This document shows positions 8,835-18,900 of a stretch of DNA of 64,000 bases, piece after piece (within the stretch, counting starts at the first letter, position 1; each line of letters starts with the position of its first letter). Source of the DNA: a virus; IMG/VR virus record IMGVR_UViG_3300030108_003689, positions 10,613 through 74,612 of that record. The stretch is one strand, 5' to 3'. The notes beneath the pieces were generated by a model that made no database searches, had not been told where the DNA came from, and saw nothing but the letters and a program-made list of their open reading frames with translations. The translations under genes were made by a program, and so were the position numbers.

Positions 8835-9337
8835 TTTTTCTCGACGATTTCGAACAACTCGTCAACGCGCTTCTTCATTCGCTTGACCTTACGCTCGACA
8901 TCGTCACCATCGAAGTCAGCAGAGATACTGGATGTCTTCTTCTCGATGCCTGCCAGCTTTGTCTTGAGACTTTCAATCTCTGCCTGCATGGCAGCACACT
9001 TAGCTGCACAAGGAGGGGGCTGCTGGCCCTCGAGACCCTGATTCTGGGACTCGATCTCCAGCTTCTTCATCTCCCGCTCGTGCTTCTGCTCAGCCCAGTC
9101 CCTGTACAGCTTGAACGCCTTAGACCCACCGGCAACGGCCATGCCAGCCAAAGCGATTGCGACCATGGGTGCGTGCTCGCCGCCCAACGACTTAGCCGCA
9201 TTGGCTGCCGCTGTGATATCTGGAGCGATACCGACTGACTCCGATAGTTGTGGCGGATCAGGGCCTACATCGAAGTTTTCTATATCAACAGGTTGAGGAG
9301 TTGCGACTGGTGCAGGTGTTTCCGCTTGTGATGGCAT
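8831..9337 (-). CDS. Membrane-anchored coiled-coil protein (lysis-region accessory)
   Basis: Hydrophobic MVAIALAGMAVAGG followed by coiled coil; last gene of the late operon. Confidence 0.65.
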   Translation of the reverse strand: MPSQAETPAPVATPQPVDIENFDVGPDPPQLSESVGIAPDITAAANAAKSLGGEHAPMVAIALAGMAVAGGSKAFKLYRDWAEQKHEREMKKLEIESQNQGLEGQQPPPCAAKCAAMQAEIESLKTKLAGIEKKTSSISADFDGDDVERKVKRMKKRVDELFEIVEKN

Positions 9338-9348
9338 GGATTTCTTCC

Positions 9349-9657
9349 TTACTTGTCTCGATCTAAAATGCGGTCGAGTCGAGATACGATATCGTTGTGT
9401 ACTTTCGTACGTGCAATCAAAAAGTCTTTGGACTGACTGTCAGCGTTGTTCCGATACTCTTGAATGACTCGGTCGTACCGCTCACGTATCTTCTCAATGC
9501 GATCGTTGTAGTCCTTACGGATCTCTTCAATTTGCTCCTGAAACCCCTCAACAAGCTTGTCCAAGCGCTTCTGCATCGTGATGAACTGGAACACCAGAAA
9601 CGCTGCAAAGATGCCGAGGTGACCATCGGCCAACAGGGAATCAAGAACCGCTTCCAT
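9349..9657 (-). CDS. Holin-like protein (single TM + coiled coil)
   Basis: N-terminal TM GHLGIFAAFLVFQFI, BhlA-like architecture; adjacent to putative endolysin. Confidence 0.55.
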   Translation of the reverse strand: MEAVLDSLLADGHLGIFAAFLVFQFITMQKRLDKLVEGFQEQIEEIRKDYNDRIEKIRERYDRVIQEYRNNADSQSKDFLIARTKVHNDIVSRLDRILDRDK

Positions 9658-10232
9658 TAGAACTCCGGTTCATCAATCAGCGTATACGTAAAGCTGTTTC
9701 CCCACTTCTCCCTTGCTGCGTAGCAGATGCTCATGAACTCTTCAAAGTCAGCGCTACGGCTGAAAACCTGACATCCAGCAGACCACTTATCTACTTGCGT
9801 TGAGGCCGACCCTGCCTTGTGGATATTGATGCCATAGAACCCTTCAGTAATAGAGTCCACATCAAGATCAATGATGTCGTCTTTATTGTCGTCACGATAA
9901 GTTTTGACCTTACCGTTCCTCTGACAGAGCGCGTCATACTTCCCTTGATGCTTGTCAATCTTCCACACAGATCTGTATTGACCTGGAACAAGGATAGCAG
10001 TTCCATCGACGTTGCTGGGATTTTCCAACCAATACTTACCCGGCTCCGTCGTGCATTCCCACGTTCTTACGATCCAACCCTGTTCGTCCCTAAATACAAC
10101 GCATATACGATCATCAAAACTATTTGCTTGGTGATCCTTGCTTCGAATACCGATAATGTTCAGGTTGTACTCACCACTTTCGAATACTGCGTGGCCGAGG
10201 GATTCTACATAATCAAGAATAAGTGGTCTCAT
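9657..10232 (-). CDS. Putative endolysin, L,D-transpeptidase (YkuD)-like His/Cys catalytic motif
   Basis: YNLNIIGIR, NSFDD, TTEPG, AILVPGQY, GINIH...WSAGCQV; flanked by TM proteins. Confidence 0.65.
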   Translation of the reverse strand: MRPLILDYVESLGHAVFESGEYNLNIIGIRSKDHQANSFDDRICVVFRDEQGWIVRTWECTTEPGKYWLENPSNVDGTAILVPGQYRSVWKIDKHQGKYDALCQRNGKVKTYRDDNKDDIIDLDVDSITEGFYGINIHKAGSASTQVDKWSAGCQVFSRSADFEEFMSICYAAREKWGNSFTYTLIDEPEF

Positions 10233-10519
10233 CAGTTACAACTCGCATTAGTAGCGGCACAAATTTTGGCCTGATTAATCGCCTGCTGCTGCTGAACTTC
10301 GAGCATCTTACCCATGAGTTCTTCCATTTTATCGAGGCGCTTTTCGACTCCTTCGATTTTAAGGTCTACAACTTCTTGTTTTCCTTCTTTGGACTCGATG
10401 ACTGTGACTCTTCTCTCAAGTTCTTCTGTTTCTTGTGCAGCAGACTCGAATGATGCAAAAGCGGCGCCAGCAGCAAACAAAATAGTCCCGCAGGGAATGG
10501 CTATATCTTTCATGTTCAT
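10232..10519 (-). CDS. TM + coiled-coil protein (holin/antiholin-like)
   Basis: N-terminal hydrophobic segment then heptad repeats; in lysis cluster. Confidence 0.55.
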   Translation of the reverse strand: MNMKDIAIPCGTILFAAGAAFASFESAAQETEELERRVTVIESKEGKQEVVDLKIEGVEKRLDKMEELMGKMLEVQQQQAINQAKICAATNASCN

Positions 10520-10956
10520 TGTCCTGCTCCTGATGCGTAATGATATGTGGCCCCTAACCCAGCCGTAACAACTCCGACTATAACTATCGTTTCTATTCTA
10601 CCAAGCCACCGCTGAGTAGATGGCCTCTCTAACCATGGTTTAGGCTTTAACTGATCATTTAGTTGCTGTTTGTACCAATCACGTTCCATTTGCAATTTAG
10701 ATATTTCTATCGAAGAAATCTTGTAGGTACTATTCCCCCAAGCTTCAATAGATAACAGGTCTGCATAATGAGAAAGCGGGACAGCCACCGCAGAGCAGGA
10801 GGCAGAAGAGAGATCAACGGACAGTTCAACAGGTAGTGGCTGCCCCTTATTGATTGGAAAAACCTTGGGGCATTGTCCAGAAATTGGTTCTGGCGCATCG
10901 GGTTTCGCTGGTAAGTCAGCCCACGCAAGCGATGATAGTAAAAGATACAGCATCAT
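10516..10956 (-). CDS. Exported protein with C-terminal TM (spanin-like candidate)
   Basis: Signal peptide MMLYLLLSSLAWA, coiled coil, C-terminal IVIVGVVTAGLGA. Confidence 0.55.
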   Translation of the reverse strand: MMLYLLLSSLAWADLPAKPDAPEPISGQCPKVFPINKGQPLPVELSVDLSSASCSAVAVPLSHYADLLSIEAWGNSTYKISSIEISKLQMERDWYKQQLNDQLKPKPWLERPSTQRWLGRIETIVIVGVVTAGLGATYHYASGAGQ

Positions 10957-11189
10957 CGTTTGCGGGCGTTGCCAAGATCAGCAAGAGAGTCGGCAGCCGA
11001 ATCAGACTGCAAAGCGTCCTCGATCTTTTGTAGATTTTGTTGAAGCTGCTCAACTTCTTGAGCCTGAGCAACGTCAGCAGCAAGATTGTCGGGAGGAGCA
11101 GTGACAGTCGGCTTTTTTTTGCGCTTGCCGAAAAACAGGGCAAAAACTGCAACGGTCATCGCGCCGATCAATGCTACGATATTAGCCAT
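10953..11189 (-). CDS. N-terminal TM + coiled-coil protein (i-spanin-like candidate)
   Basis: Real start probably ATG 11189 (MANIVALIGAMTVAVFALFFGKRKKK), overlapping the upstream stop. Confidence 0.55.
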   Translation of the reverse strand: MANIVALIGAMTVAVFALFFGKRKKKPTVTAPPDNLAADVAQAQEVEQLQQNLQKIEDALQSDSAADSLADLGNARKR

Positions 11190-11406
11190 TTTTCTTAGCA
11201 CGGGACTTCTTCGCTGGAGCTTTTTTGGCCGGCGCCTTTTTTGCTGGAGCCTTCTTGACTGGAGCTTTCTTAGCCGGCGTCTTAAGCTGCTCAATTTCTT
11301 TCTGCATTTCAGATATCACATAAAACAAAGATTTTAATGCAGCTTGTTTGTTACCAGTTTTAGACTGATATTGAACTTTTGCTTTTTCGATCATGTCATT
11401 GTACAT
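11182..11406 (-). CDS. Small basic protein with histone H1-like PAKKA repeats
   Basis: PAKKAPVKKAPAKKAPAKKAPAKK C-terminus. Confidence 0.7.
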   Translation of the reverse strand: MYNDMIEKAKVQYQSKTGNKQAALKSLFYVISEMQKEIEQLKTPAKKAPVKKAPAKKAPAKKAPAKKSRAKKNG

Positions 11407-11413
11407 AAGTCAC

Positions 11414-11794
11414 CTATGTTGTTATAATTTTAATACAAACGTCTGATGTTGGTCTTGTAGATGAGTTATTGGCGGCTGATGTAACACCCCATAAACTCAG
11501 TCCATTGCTAAACGACCAACCCTCAGAAATGATGTAGCAAGTTTTCTTTCCGATTGGTGCGTAAAGTACAAGTTCTGGCTGTGTGCTACCACCTGTGGCG
11601 TTTGTAGCGTCTACAAGCTTGATGTAACAAGCAGGCTCAGCAGTGGTCGCAGCCCCCGCCGTAGCATCGATTTCAACCATATAAACGATGCCGGATGCGC
11701 TAGTAACGTTTGTTAGAGCAGTGCCAGTTATCGCGTCTATATATACAAGCTTTGTACCCAGATTACTTTGTATGGATTTGGTAGTGTACGCCAT
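11414..11794 (-). CDS. Virion structural beta-sandwich protein (paralog family A)
   Basis: Thr/Ser-rich; YIKLVDA...STQPELVL...FSNGLSLW motif shared with three other ORFs. Confidence 0.7.
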   Translation of the reverse strand: MAYTTKSIQSNLGTKLVYIDAITGTALTNVTSASGIVYMVEIDATAGAATTAEPACYIKLVDATNATGGSTQPELVLYAPIGKKTCYIISEGWSFSNGLSLWGVTSAANNSSTRPTSDVCIKIITT

Positions 11795-12205
11795 TTAGTA
11801 TCCATTCGCAGAGCCAGATGATGTGGCAGAAGAGCTTTGAGTGAGGAGCGTAACAGCTACAGTTTCATTGCCCGATACAGATGGATTTGTGTTGTCCGAT
11901 ACTGATGCATTTTCGGTTGCCCACAAAGACAATGCATCGAAAGAACAACCATTAGGTATCTGAAAGGTTTGAGTACTTGATGCAGCGCACCTGAAAATCC
12001 AGTCCGGCGCTGTGTTGCCAGCAGTAAAGGTAAGTGCATTAGATATTTTTACAAAAACAGCAGCATCGTTACCATTAACTATTTTTACGGAATAAAGTAT
12101 ACCTGGACCGTCAGTAACATTTTTGCTACCAGATGCGGTAAGGTTTGAGCTATTAGTAATCTTATAACTAACTACATCATTAAATTTTGTAGTTGAAATG
12201 GACAT
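11795..12205 (-). CDS. Virion structural beta-sandwich protein (paralog family A)
   Basis: NVTDGPGILYSV...FVKI...TAPDWIF...IPNGCSFDALSLW. Confidence 0.7.
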   Translation of the reverse strand: MSISTTKFNDVVSYKITNSSNLTASGSKNVTDGPGILYSVKIVNGNDAAVFVKISNALTFTAGNTAPDWIFRCAASSTQTFQIPNGCSFDALSLWATENASVSDNTNPSVSGNETVAVTLLTQSSSATSSGSANGY

Positions 12206-12208
12206 TTA

Positions 12209-12400
12209 CTATTTCTTTCCGATAGCAGCCATTGCTTTTTCGGCACTGTCGCCAGCGATGTAGGCGAGGGCTACGTACAGCCATTGGTCTGAAGCAAGTA
12301 AACCAGCGGCAAGTAGGCCAGTACCAAGCACCAAAACAGCAAGACGACGCCAAGATACGCGCTTTTGAGAGCAAAAAAGAGAGTTGATAAGGTCTTTCAT
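12209..12400 (-). CDS. Small two-TM membrane protein (holin-like)
   Basis: SWRRLAVLVLGTGLL...QWLYVALAYIAG; AGGAG RBS. Confidence 0.65.
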   Translation of the reverse strand: MKDLINSLFCSQKRVSWRRLAVLVLGTGLLAAGLLASDQWLYVALAYIAGDSAEKAMAAIGKK

Positions 12401-12418
12401 GATTTCTCCTTAAAATGA

Positions 12419-13276
12419 TTAGCCGCTTTCGCCGCTTCCTGGGATGTAGCTTGGGTTCAACCCATCTCTGGCCACGTTAACGCGATACCATACTCCCCAG
12501 GTCGCATCGGCGTCAGCGATTCCGTTGATGCTTGTTCCCCAGTTGAGGGCCAAAAATAAATATACGTTATCGGTTACGGTGTACTCGTGAGTTTGAATGG
12601 CAGCGCGAGTTGCACCGTTGGACAAATGGACGACGTGATTGTTGCTATCGAGCATTACCGCTGCGACATGCCGAGTGCTTGGATTGTCATCCCCATTATC
12701 GTCATCATCCACAGGCGGAGAAATCGTGGTGTGAATACCAACGCACGAGCCGTCCTGCGCGTTGTTTGTGGAAGCATCACCACCGATCACGCTTTGCAGG
12801 AAGATATTCGGGTCTGTGTCTTTCAGCAATGCGCCTTGACCGACCCAGTTTATACCTTGTGTGGAGCTTGTAACACCGTTCCCACCAATACCGACAGTGA
12901 TTCCAGATCGGTCGCTGCCGTCAATACTGGTGTTTCCGTGCAAAGTGTGGAGCTTGATGAGAAACTCGATGCTAAAAAAATCACCGAAAGTCAAAGGATT
13001 GCCGTCTGGTCCTTCGAGTTGTTGATAGTAGCGTCCAGTTGTCTGAGTGCTGGCGTTCCATCGTCGGGCGGTTTCATCTTTATCGCTTACAATTCGCAGC
13101 CCGTTCGCGGTGGTGGTGGTGCTGACGACCGTGCTGTGGGGGTCGTACAGAGTCCACCTGCCATCGTTGACATCAATGCTCTTCCAACGACTCAGCCTAT
13201 CGCTGTGCCGTTCGCCACTGTTACCCATAGTCTGGTCATGGGTAATCGGTCCTGGTACTCGTGTACGCTTAGCCAT
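12419..13276 (-). CDS. Tail/receptor-associated structural protein
   Basis: 285 aa, beta-rich, downstream of tail fibre. Confidence 0.6.
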   Translation of the reverse strand: MAKRTRVPGPITHDQTMGNSGERHSDRLSRWKSIDVNDGRWTLYDPHSTVVSTTTTANGLRIVSDKDETARRWNASTQTTGRYYQQLEGPDGNPLTFGDFFSIEFLIKLHTLHGNTSIDGSDRSGITVGIGGNGVTSSTQGINWVGQGALLKDTDPNIFLQSVIGGDASTNNAQDGSCVGIHTTISPPVDDDDNGDDNPSTRHVAAVMLDSNNHVVHLSNGATRAAIQTHEYTVTDNVYLFLALNWGTSINGIADADATWGVWYRVNVARDGLNPSYIPGSGESG

Positions 13277-13638
13277 TAGCTAATATCGATTCGGTTAACA
13301 AAACCGTGGCAAGTAATTTCGTTGGCAGTTCCTGCGAATGCTCTAACTTCAAGCCCCGCCTTCAGGATAAGTCCCGGCACCACCAAGGCCGTGGTCTCTG
13401 CCGGGATGAGTGCAACAATATGGTCATCTGGGTCTGTGGTACCACCGAACTCGATCGTGAGCTTGATTTGTGCTGTATGCGTATTTGTCGCGTAGATAAA
13501 GATTTCGTCTATGTCAGCATTGCTGCCACCAGTTGTTACCGTGTGAAGTAAAACCGAATTACCTGTTCCAGTACCAGTTACTTTTAAGCCCTTACCGTTC
13601 GTAGATCCGCTAAGGATCTCCTTTGACATTGTTGGCAT
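13276..13638 (-). CDS. Tail-fibre-associated small structural protein
   Basis: LSGSTNGKG.KV...DEIFIYA.N...LTIEFGGTT.PDD...VVPGLIL...VRAFA...GFVNRI, a common phage family. Confidence 0.7.
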   Translation of the reverse strand: MPTMSKEILSGSTNGKGLKVTGTGTGNSVLLHTVTTGGSNADIDEIFIYATNTHTAQIKLTIEFGGTTDPDDHIVALIPAETTALVVPGLILKAGLEVRAFAGTANEITCHGFVNRIDIS

Positions 13639-13647
13639 GATTACATC

Positions 13648-14931
13648 CTACGAGAAAGTTTGCATGTGAAGAATAAGGTTTAGGTCATCGGCTGCAGTGC
13701 CGCCACCGCTTGATGCCTGCCAAGAGATGTCGGTACCGTCACTGGTGAGTACTGTGCCATTGCTGCCTGGAGCCAGCTTAGCAGTCTCAGCACTTGCGTT
13801 GCCGTAGATAATGTTTCCACGGGCGAGGTCTTCAATCTTGGCCACGGTAACCGCATCATCAGAAATGGCGTTTGTGCCTACAGCGTCAAGAACGAAGTCG
13901 AGTGTACCGTCGCCGTCCTGGTAGCTGACTGAAATGCCGGTCTCAGTGTTCGAGCCGACCATGGCTCCGACTGTGTCTTGAATGACCTCTGCAAGAGTGT
14001 CACTGCCAACCCTAAAGGCGGTCGCTTGCAGTGTACCAGTGACCACAACTTCGCCATCTGGAGTCAAGTTGATGTCTGCATTCGCGCCATCATCGTCGGT
14101 AGTCGTAATGGTCAGAGCACCGTTCGCTCCCGTAGCGATTGTGCAGAAGTCCCCAGTGTCGGCTGAACTCAGCATCTTGATGTCGGGTCCACCGTCATCA
14201 ACCTTCATGAAGATGCCCTGGTTAAAATCGGCACCCGTTGCTGTTAGATCCAAAGCCCTGGTTGTCGTATTGCCGGGTCCGCTACCCGTCGCAGTAATCT
14301 CAATACCTTTGACCAGAGTTGTGCCTGCTGCCGAAGCATGCTGAAGCGTCGGAGTCAACTTCGCACCAACCATGGTGTTTGTACCATTGGTAGCGCTTGT
14401 GTTGTCCATGTCGACGTTCAAGCCGATCATGGTGTTGTCTGATGTGCTGGCACCCGTCTTGTCGAAGTTAATATCGAGTGACGTAAACGACCCCGCATTG
14501 GTATCCGAAGAAGAGTTAATCAGGTTAAGAGTATTACCGTCGAACGTCAGGTTCGCTTCACCGTTGAGGGACGCGGCTCCACTGGCTGTGGCAATACGGT
14601 TGTTTGAACCATTGGACATTGACACTGCATTCGCGGCACCAGCAACTGATGTGCCTGTCGTGATCTGAATGTCATCACCAGCATCTGTGGTGAAATGAAG
14701 CTCGTTGGGTGTAGCAGTCTTGACCCACAACTGCCCATACGCTGCGGTGTCACCATCAGCGCTTGCCTGCTCTTTAAGTGTGACTGGACCTTCGACAGTG
14801 AGTTTAGTTCTTGGGGTATCCGTGCCGATGCCAACACGGTCATTGGTCTCATCGACCACAACCGTGGTTCCGTCTACTTCAAGGTCTGTGAGGACTTGAG
14901 ATCCACCCCCACGGTTGTAAAAGTCAGCCAT
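13648..14931 (-). CDS. Tail fibre protein
   Basis: RVGIGTDTP, YGQLWVKTATPNELHFTTDAG, NGEANLTFDG, VGAMVGSNTETGISV, GTVLTSDGTDISW fibre repeats. Confidence 0.85.
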   Translation of the reverse strand: MADFYNRGGGSQVLTDLEVDGTTVVVDETNDRVGIGTDTPRTKLTVEGPVTLKEQASADGDTAAYGQLWVKTATPNELHFTTDAGDDIQITTGTSVAGAANAVSMSNGSNNRIATASGAASLNGEANLTFDGNTLNLINSSSDTNAGSFTSLDINFDKTGASTSDNTMIGLNVDMDNTSATNGTNTMVGAKLTPTLQHASAAGTTLVKGIEITATGSGPGNTTTRALDLTATGADFNQGIFMKVDDGGPDIKMLSSADTGDFCTIATGANGALTITTTDDDGANADINLTPDGEVVVTGTLQATAFRVGSDTLAEVIQDTVGAMVGSNTETGISVSYQDGDGTLDFVLDAVGTNAISDDAVTVAKIEDLARGNIIYGNASAETAKLAPGSNGTVLTSDGTDISWQASSGGGTAADDLNLILHMQTFS

Positions 14932-14943
14932 TGTATGCTCCGA

Positions 14944-15393
14944 TTAAGCAGTTTCGCGAACAACCCAGTGCAGCCGAGCTTTCTTTAAGGTGATTACTCC
15001 GCCAGCAGCGTTTTGCTTCAAATGAAGGTACAACTTTCCAGATGTCGTTTGGTCGGCAGGTCGAGTCACATATGTGCCAAGAAAAATCGACGTAGAAAGA
15101 AGCGTCGTATCAGTTAATCCAGCCTGGGCCTTGATTCCCTCGGCGAGGCCGGTGCAAGGGTCATCACCGTTAGCATCCCAAGTTAAAAAAGCAGTAAGCT
15201 TAGTTGGTGTTCCAGACGTAATCTTTACTTGAAGATCAAGATGAGACAGGAAGCACGAGTTGGGCATCGCTTTTGAAAAAACATCCATCCCTGTGGAAGG
15301 ATCGTTGTCTTCATGAAGCAATATTTTTTTCGATAGATCAAACGAGCCGTTGATGCCTGTTACTTCCGCATCATTGACAATAAACCCTTGCAT
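14944..15393 (-). CDS. Virion structural protein (hypothetical)
   Basis: 149-aa ORF with GGAGG RBS in structural operon. Confidence 0.65.
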   Translation of the reverse strand: MQGFIVNDAEVTGINGSFDLSKKILLHEDNDPSTGMDVFSKAMPNSCFLSHLDLQVKITSGTPTKLTAFLTWDANGDDPCTGLAEGIKAQAGLTDTTLLSTSIFLGTYVTRPADQTTSGKLYLHLKQNAAGGVITLKKARLHWVVRETA

Positions 15394-15453
15394 TAGAGCC
15401 TCCAGGGAGAAGTGATCCGGGGGACGTTTGCCCCCCGAGTCAGGGGTTTAAGA

Positions 15454-15903
15454 TCAAGAGTTGCCGCCAACAAGACCGCGCCAAGTAGTGCCATCACAGA
15501 ACAGCACAGCGCCCTCTGTTTGTCCTACAGTGACAATAGTTGCAGGTTCATCGCTTCTTACCACTAGACTTTCGTCAGCATCGGCAGCGTTGAACAAGAA
15601 CAACAAGAGACCAGTGCTGCTTGCTTCTGCGGGCAAAGTAATGTTTCGGCCAGCGCCACCTGGATCCATAATAATCACGTTAGACTTGATCACTGTTTGG
15701 TTAGCAGCAGCCGTTCCACTGACCAAAAGAGTGTGGTCTCCAGCGCATGTGATTGCTTCGCTTTTATGGGCGAGCAGGTTGGTTGCGCCACTTAAGGCAG
15801 TCAAAAGTGCGGTTTGAGCCTTTACCTTAAAGCCTTTTCCAGGCTCGAAAGCGATGTCGTGGGCAAGAGCGCGACCACCTGTAAGTTCAGGAATTGAGGA
15901 CAT
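15454..15903 (-). CDS. Structural protein with tail-fibre-like C-terminal domain
   Basis: DPGGAGRNITLPA...FNAAD..E.L.V...TVGQTEGAVLFCDGTTW; GGAG RBS. Confidence 0.7.
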   Translation of the reverse strand: MSSIPELTGGRALAHDIAFEPGKGFKVKAQTALLTALSGATNLLAHKSEAITCAGDHTLLVSGTAAANQTVIKSNVIIMDPGGAGRNITLPAEASSTGLLLFLFNAADADESLVVRSDEPATIVTVGQTEGAVLFCDGTTWRGLVGGNS

Positions 15904-15988
15904 GATTTACTCCATTTGGGGAAGGGGAATGGTTGTTCGAAAAGATCATAACACAGACTAAAGGCTATGAAGAAAAGACATACTAAAT

Positions 15989-18900
15989 CTATTGTTCATT
16001 GTCGATAGGAGCAGTACGCTCCAGAATTCTTTGTTGTGCTTCATTGCGTCTAATAGCTTCTGCTGACTTCTTAGCGTGTTGTTTATATTTCCAGTACGCC
16101 AATTTTTTCCAAGTTTGAGGGTGCCAAGCTGAAAAACCTATAGTTCGGCCAATTTCAGTCGGGTAAAATTGGTCAGCATAAACATTATATGTCGAACCGT
16201 CTTTGCTTTTGTAGGCTACTCCATACTTCCTGAGCGTAGGAATACTCGCGGTCGTTATTTGATCCGCTCGCTTGACGGCCTCTTTAGCACCATCCTTTGC
16301 CAATCCTGGCTCTGTTGGGCTGACATACGCTTGAGCTATTCCTGCATCATCGGGAACACTGACACGAATATCCTTCTCCTTGACGAAGCCGAGAACCTGA
16401 AGGGCTCCGATATTTGAAAGAATCGGCTTATCTGGATTCAAAGATTTCAGCGCATGCGTCAAATCCATCAACCCTTCGACAACACCCGCGTTCGCACGAG
16501 ATAGCGCCCAAAGGTTGTCTCCCATCCGACCAGTCACTGGAGTTTGCAAGTACTCCATCAAGAATAGATACGCTTTCGTGTTTTTGGCAACAAAGATGCC
16601 TCTCCCAGGCATTTCGATGTTTCGTTCGTTCACTCGTCGCTTTTCTTTATCGTCCCACACGAAACGAATGTTTTCTGGCTCGATGTACTCGATGCCCAAA
16701 ATGTCATGTAGTGTTCCGCCAGTAAACTCCAAATCGAACTCAACAAGCTCTGCTGGAACCTGTAAGGTTGCCCTTTCAAGCGGGAAGCCAAGACCAGGAT
16801 CAATGCCGAACGTTACGGCAGCCCCAAGACCTAACTGAGGCGCCAGTCTCGAGAAGACACCAAGCCTAGCTGCTCTGGAAGACTCATCTCCTCCAGTAAA
16901 TGGAAGCGCCAAGAAGAGTTCAAGCAACAAGCCAACAGAGTCACCAGTCAGCAAGAATGGAAGCCTGAATCTTTGGCCCATGATTTCGAACGGTAAAAAC
17001 GATCGATATCTATCCCATGGAGACAACATCAGGTCTGGGTCCTTGGACTCCGTAGCCTTCAACTGCGTGTTTCTCGCAAACTTAAGCTGAGTAATCACTC
17101 GGTCAGGGTTTTCCAACAATGAAGTGAACAGCAGCTTGTTTGCCTGCGAGAAGTATGTATAGAAAGCGAAATACCGCTTGAAGTAACTTGCCTCAGCATC
17201 ACTCAGATCAGAGTAATCCAGCATAATCTTGCGAGTTTTCTTGGCGGCATCGTCTAAAGTGGCACCAGCTTTAAGCTCTCTCACCAACACCTTTATTCTC
17301 ATGTAGGTGTCAATAGCGACGAATGATTCCCTATAGAACCTATGCGCTTTGCTGAAGATGTTTCCAGGCTTCAGAGACTGAGCCATGCTCATTCCGAATG
17401 CTGCACTCAAAAGCGCACTCTGTGGGCCAAGTGGAGCACCTATTAGGCCAAACATCGCTCCATTGATCCAAGTCGGATTTGCTTGAGTAAACCGCTCATA
17501 GAACTGATCGTATAAATTATTGCTGGCTAAAGCATCAGCAAACGCACTCTTCCAGCCATATCGATCAACAGTGTTCGCCAACATGTCGGCAGTAATGATT
17601 CGGCCATCTGGTAATACCAGCGGCTTTGTACGGGGCCTATGCGAGCCGTCACCGAAAAGTCTGGCCAGTGTTCCTGCTACAAACTGGATCTCTACGTCCG
17701 CAGCCTCTGCAATGTTTCTGACCAGCGGAGTGACCTCGGAGGCTACCCTGGCGCCTGTTCCTGGTGCTTCAAGAAGGTCTTGTGTCGCAGCTAAGACGCC
17801 TTGTCCGAGGTGAACCTGACTGAGACCACCGATGAATACGCCCATTCCGTAGCCCACCATAGGTAAGCCACCGACACCAATCAAAAGACCAGTGTAGAAC
17901 GTTCTTGGTGATACTAAAAACTCAGCCGCTCTTTGCCAAACCAAAGCCGCATTTGCAATCTGCTCTTTGATTCTTTGAGAGTTTTGCGTAGACGCATCTT
18001 TCAACTCAAGTTGATACTCGGCTCTACCAGTTCTACCCCATGTTTTTTTGAAACGAGCGTTCGGATACGTTTCTTGAGCCCAGCTTTCAAGCTGATCAAC
18101 CATGTTCTTAGGCATGATGAACTGCTTGTCACCAATCATAATGATTTCAGCGGTGCCGTCATCAATACGAATACCTGCACGCTTCAGTATCTGATCGGCC
18201 TCATATTGTGCTGACTTATCAATACGGGTGATAACGTCGGAGTCTGGCCTTTTTGCTGATGGCTTCTCGGTAGGCCCGTACATGTCTTTCACGGGCTTCT
18301 GCGCGATTCTGACCTTTCGTCCAAACTGCAGATCACTGAACCCAGCCACTTCATCGGACTTACTCAGGGTACGATCGATGTAGAACAGTACTCGATCTAC
18401 GTACTTGCTCCTACTGATGTTGATTTCACCTTTAAGATCAAGATTGTTTGTTATTGATCTGCGCGACAAGTCGTAACCATTTTCGGCAAGCTCTCGGGCC
18501 AAACCGAACCGAACATCATCGACTTTCAACATGATCATCAGAGCCATCAAGGCTTGATTCAAGTCTGGAGTCTTTGTAGAGTACTTCACTCCGAGTTGAT
18601 CAGCGATCGGCCTCGATACTCCCTCGATGATTTTACCCATCAAGCCCAGTTTCTTGCTGTACTGGAATACTTGTCGTGGCGTCTGCGCTTCTGGTGCGCG
18701 TCGGATCTTTTTAGGTGTTCCGATATCCAGCAGACCCTTGATGTCACCTCTGTAGAACTTTTGATATATATCGATCACTAAAGGGTCGTTCAAATCGAAT
18801 TGAGTGGCTTGCTTGATAGCAAGAATCTTTTCGAAGACATTGGTAGAAAAAGACTCAACATACTGCTTCTTTTCTCGCAGTCCTTCGTGAATCACCTGGA

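Noticed and set aside
12587-13279. 230-aa plus-strand ORF in the tail region
   Set aside because: Antisense to a well-formed structural gene in a tightly packed minus-strand operon.
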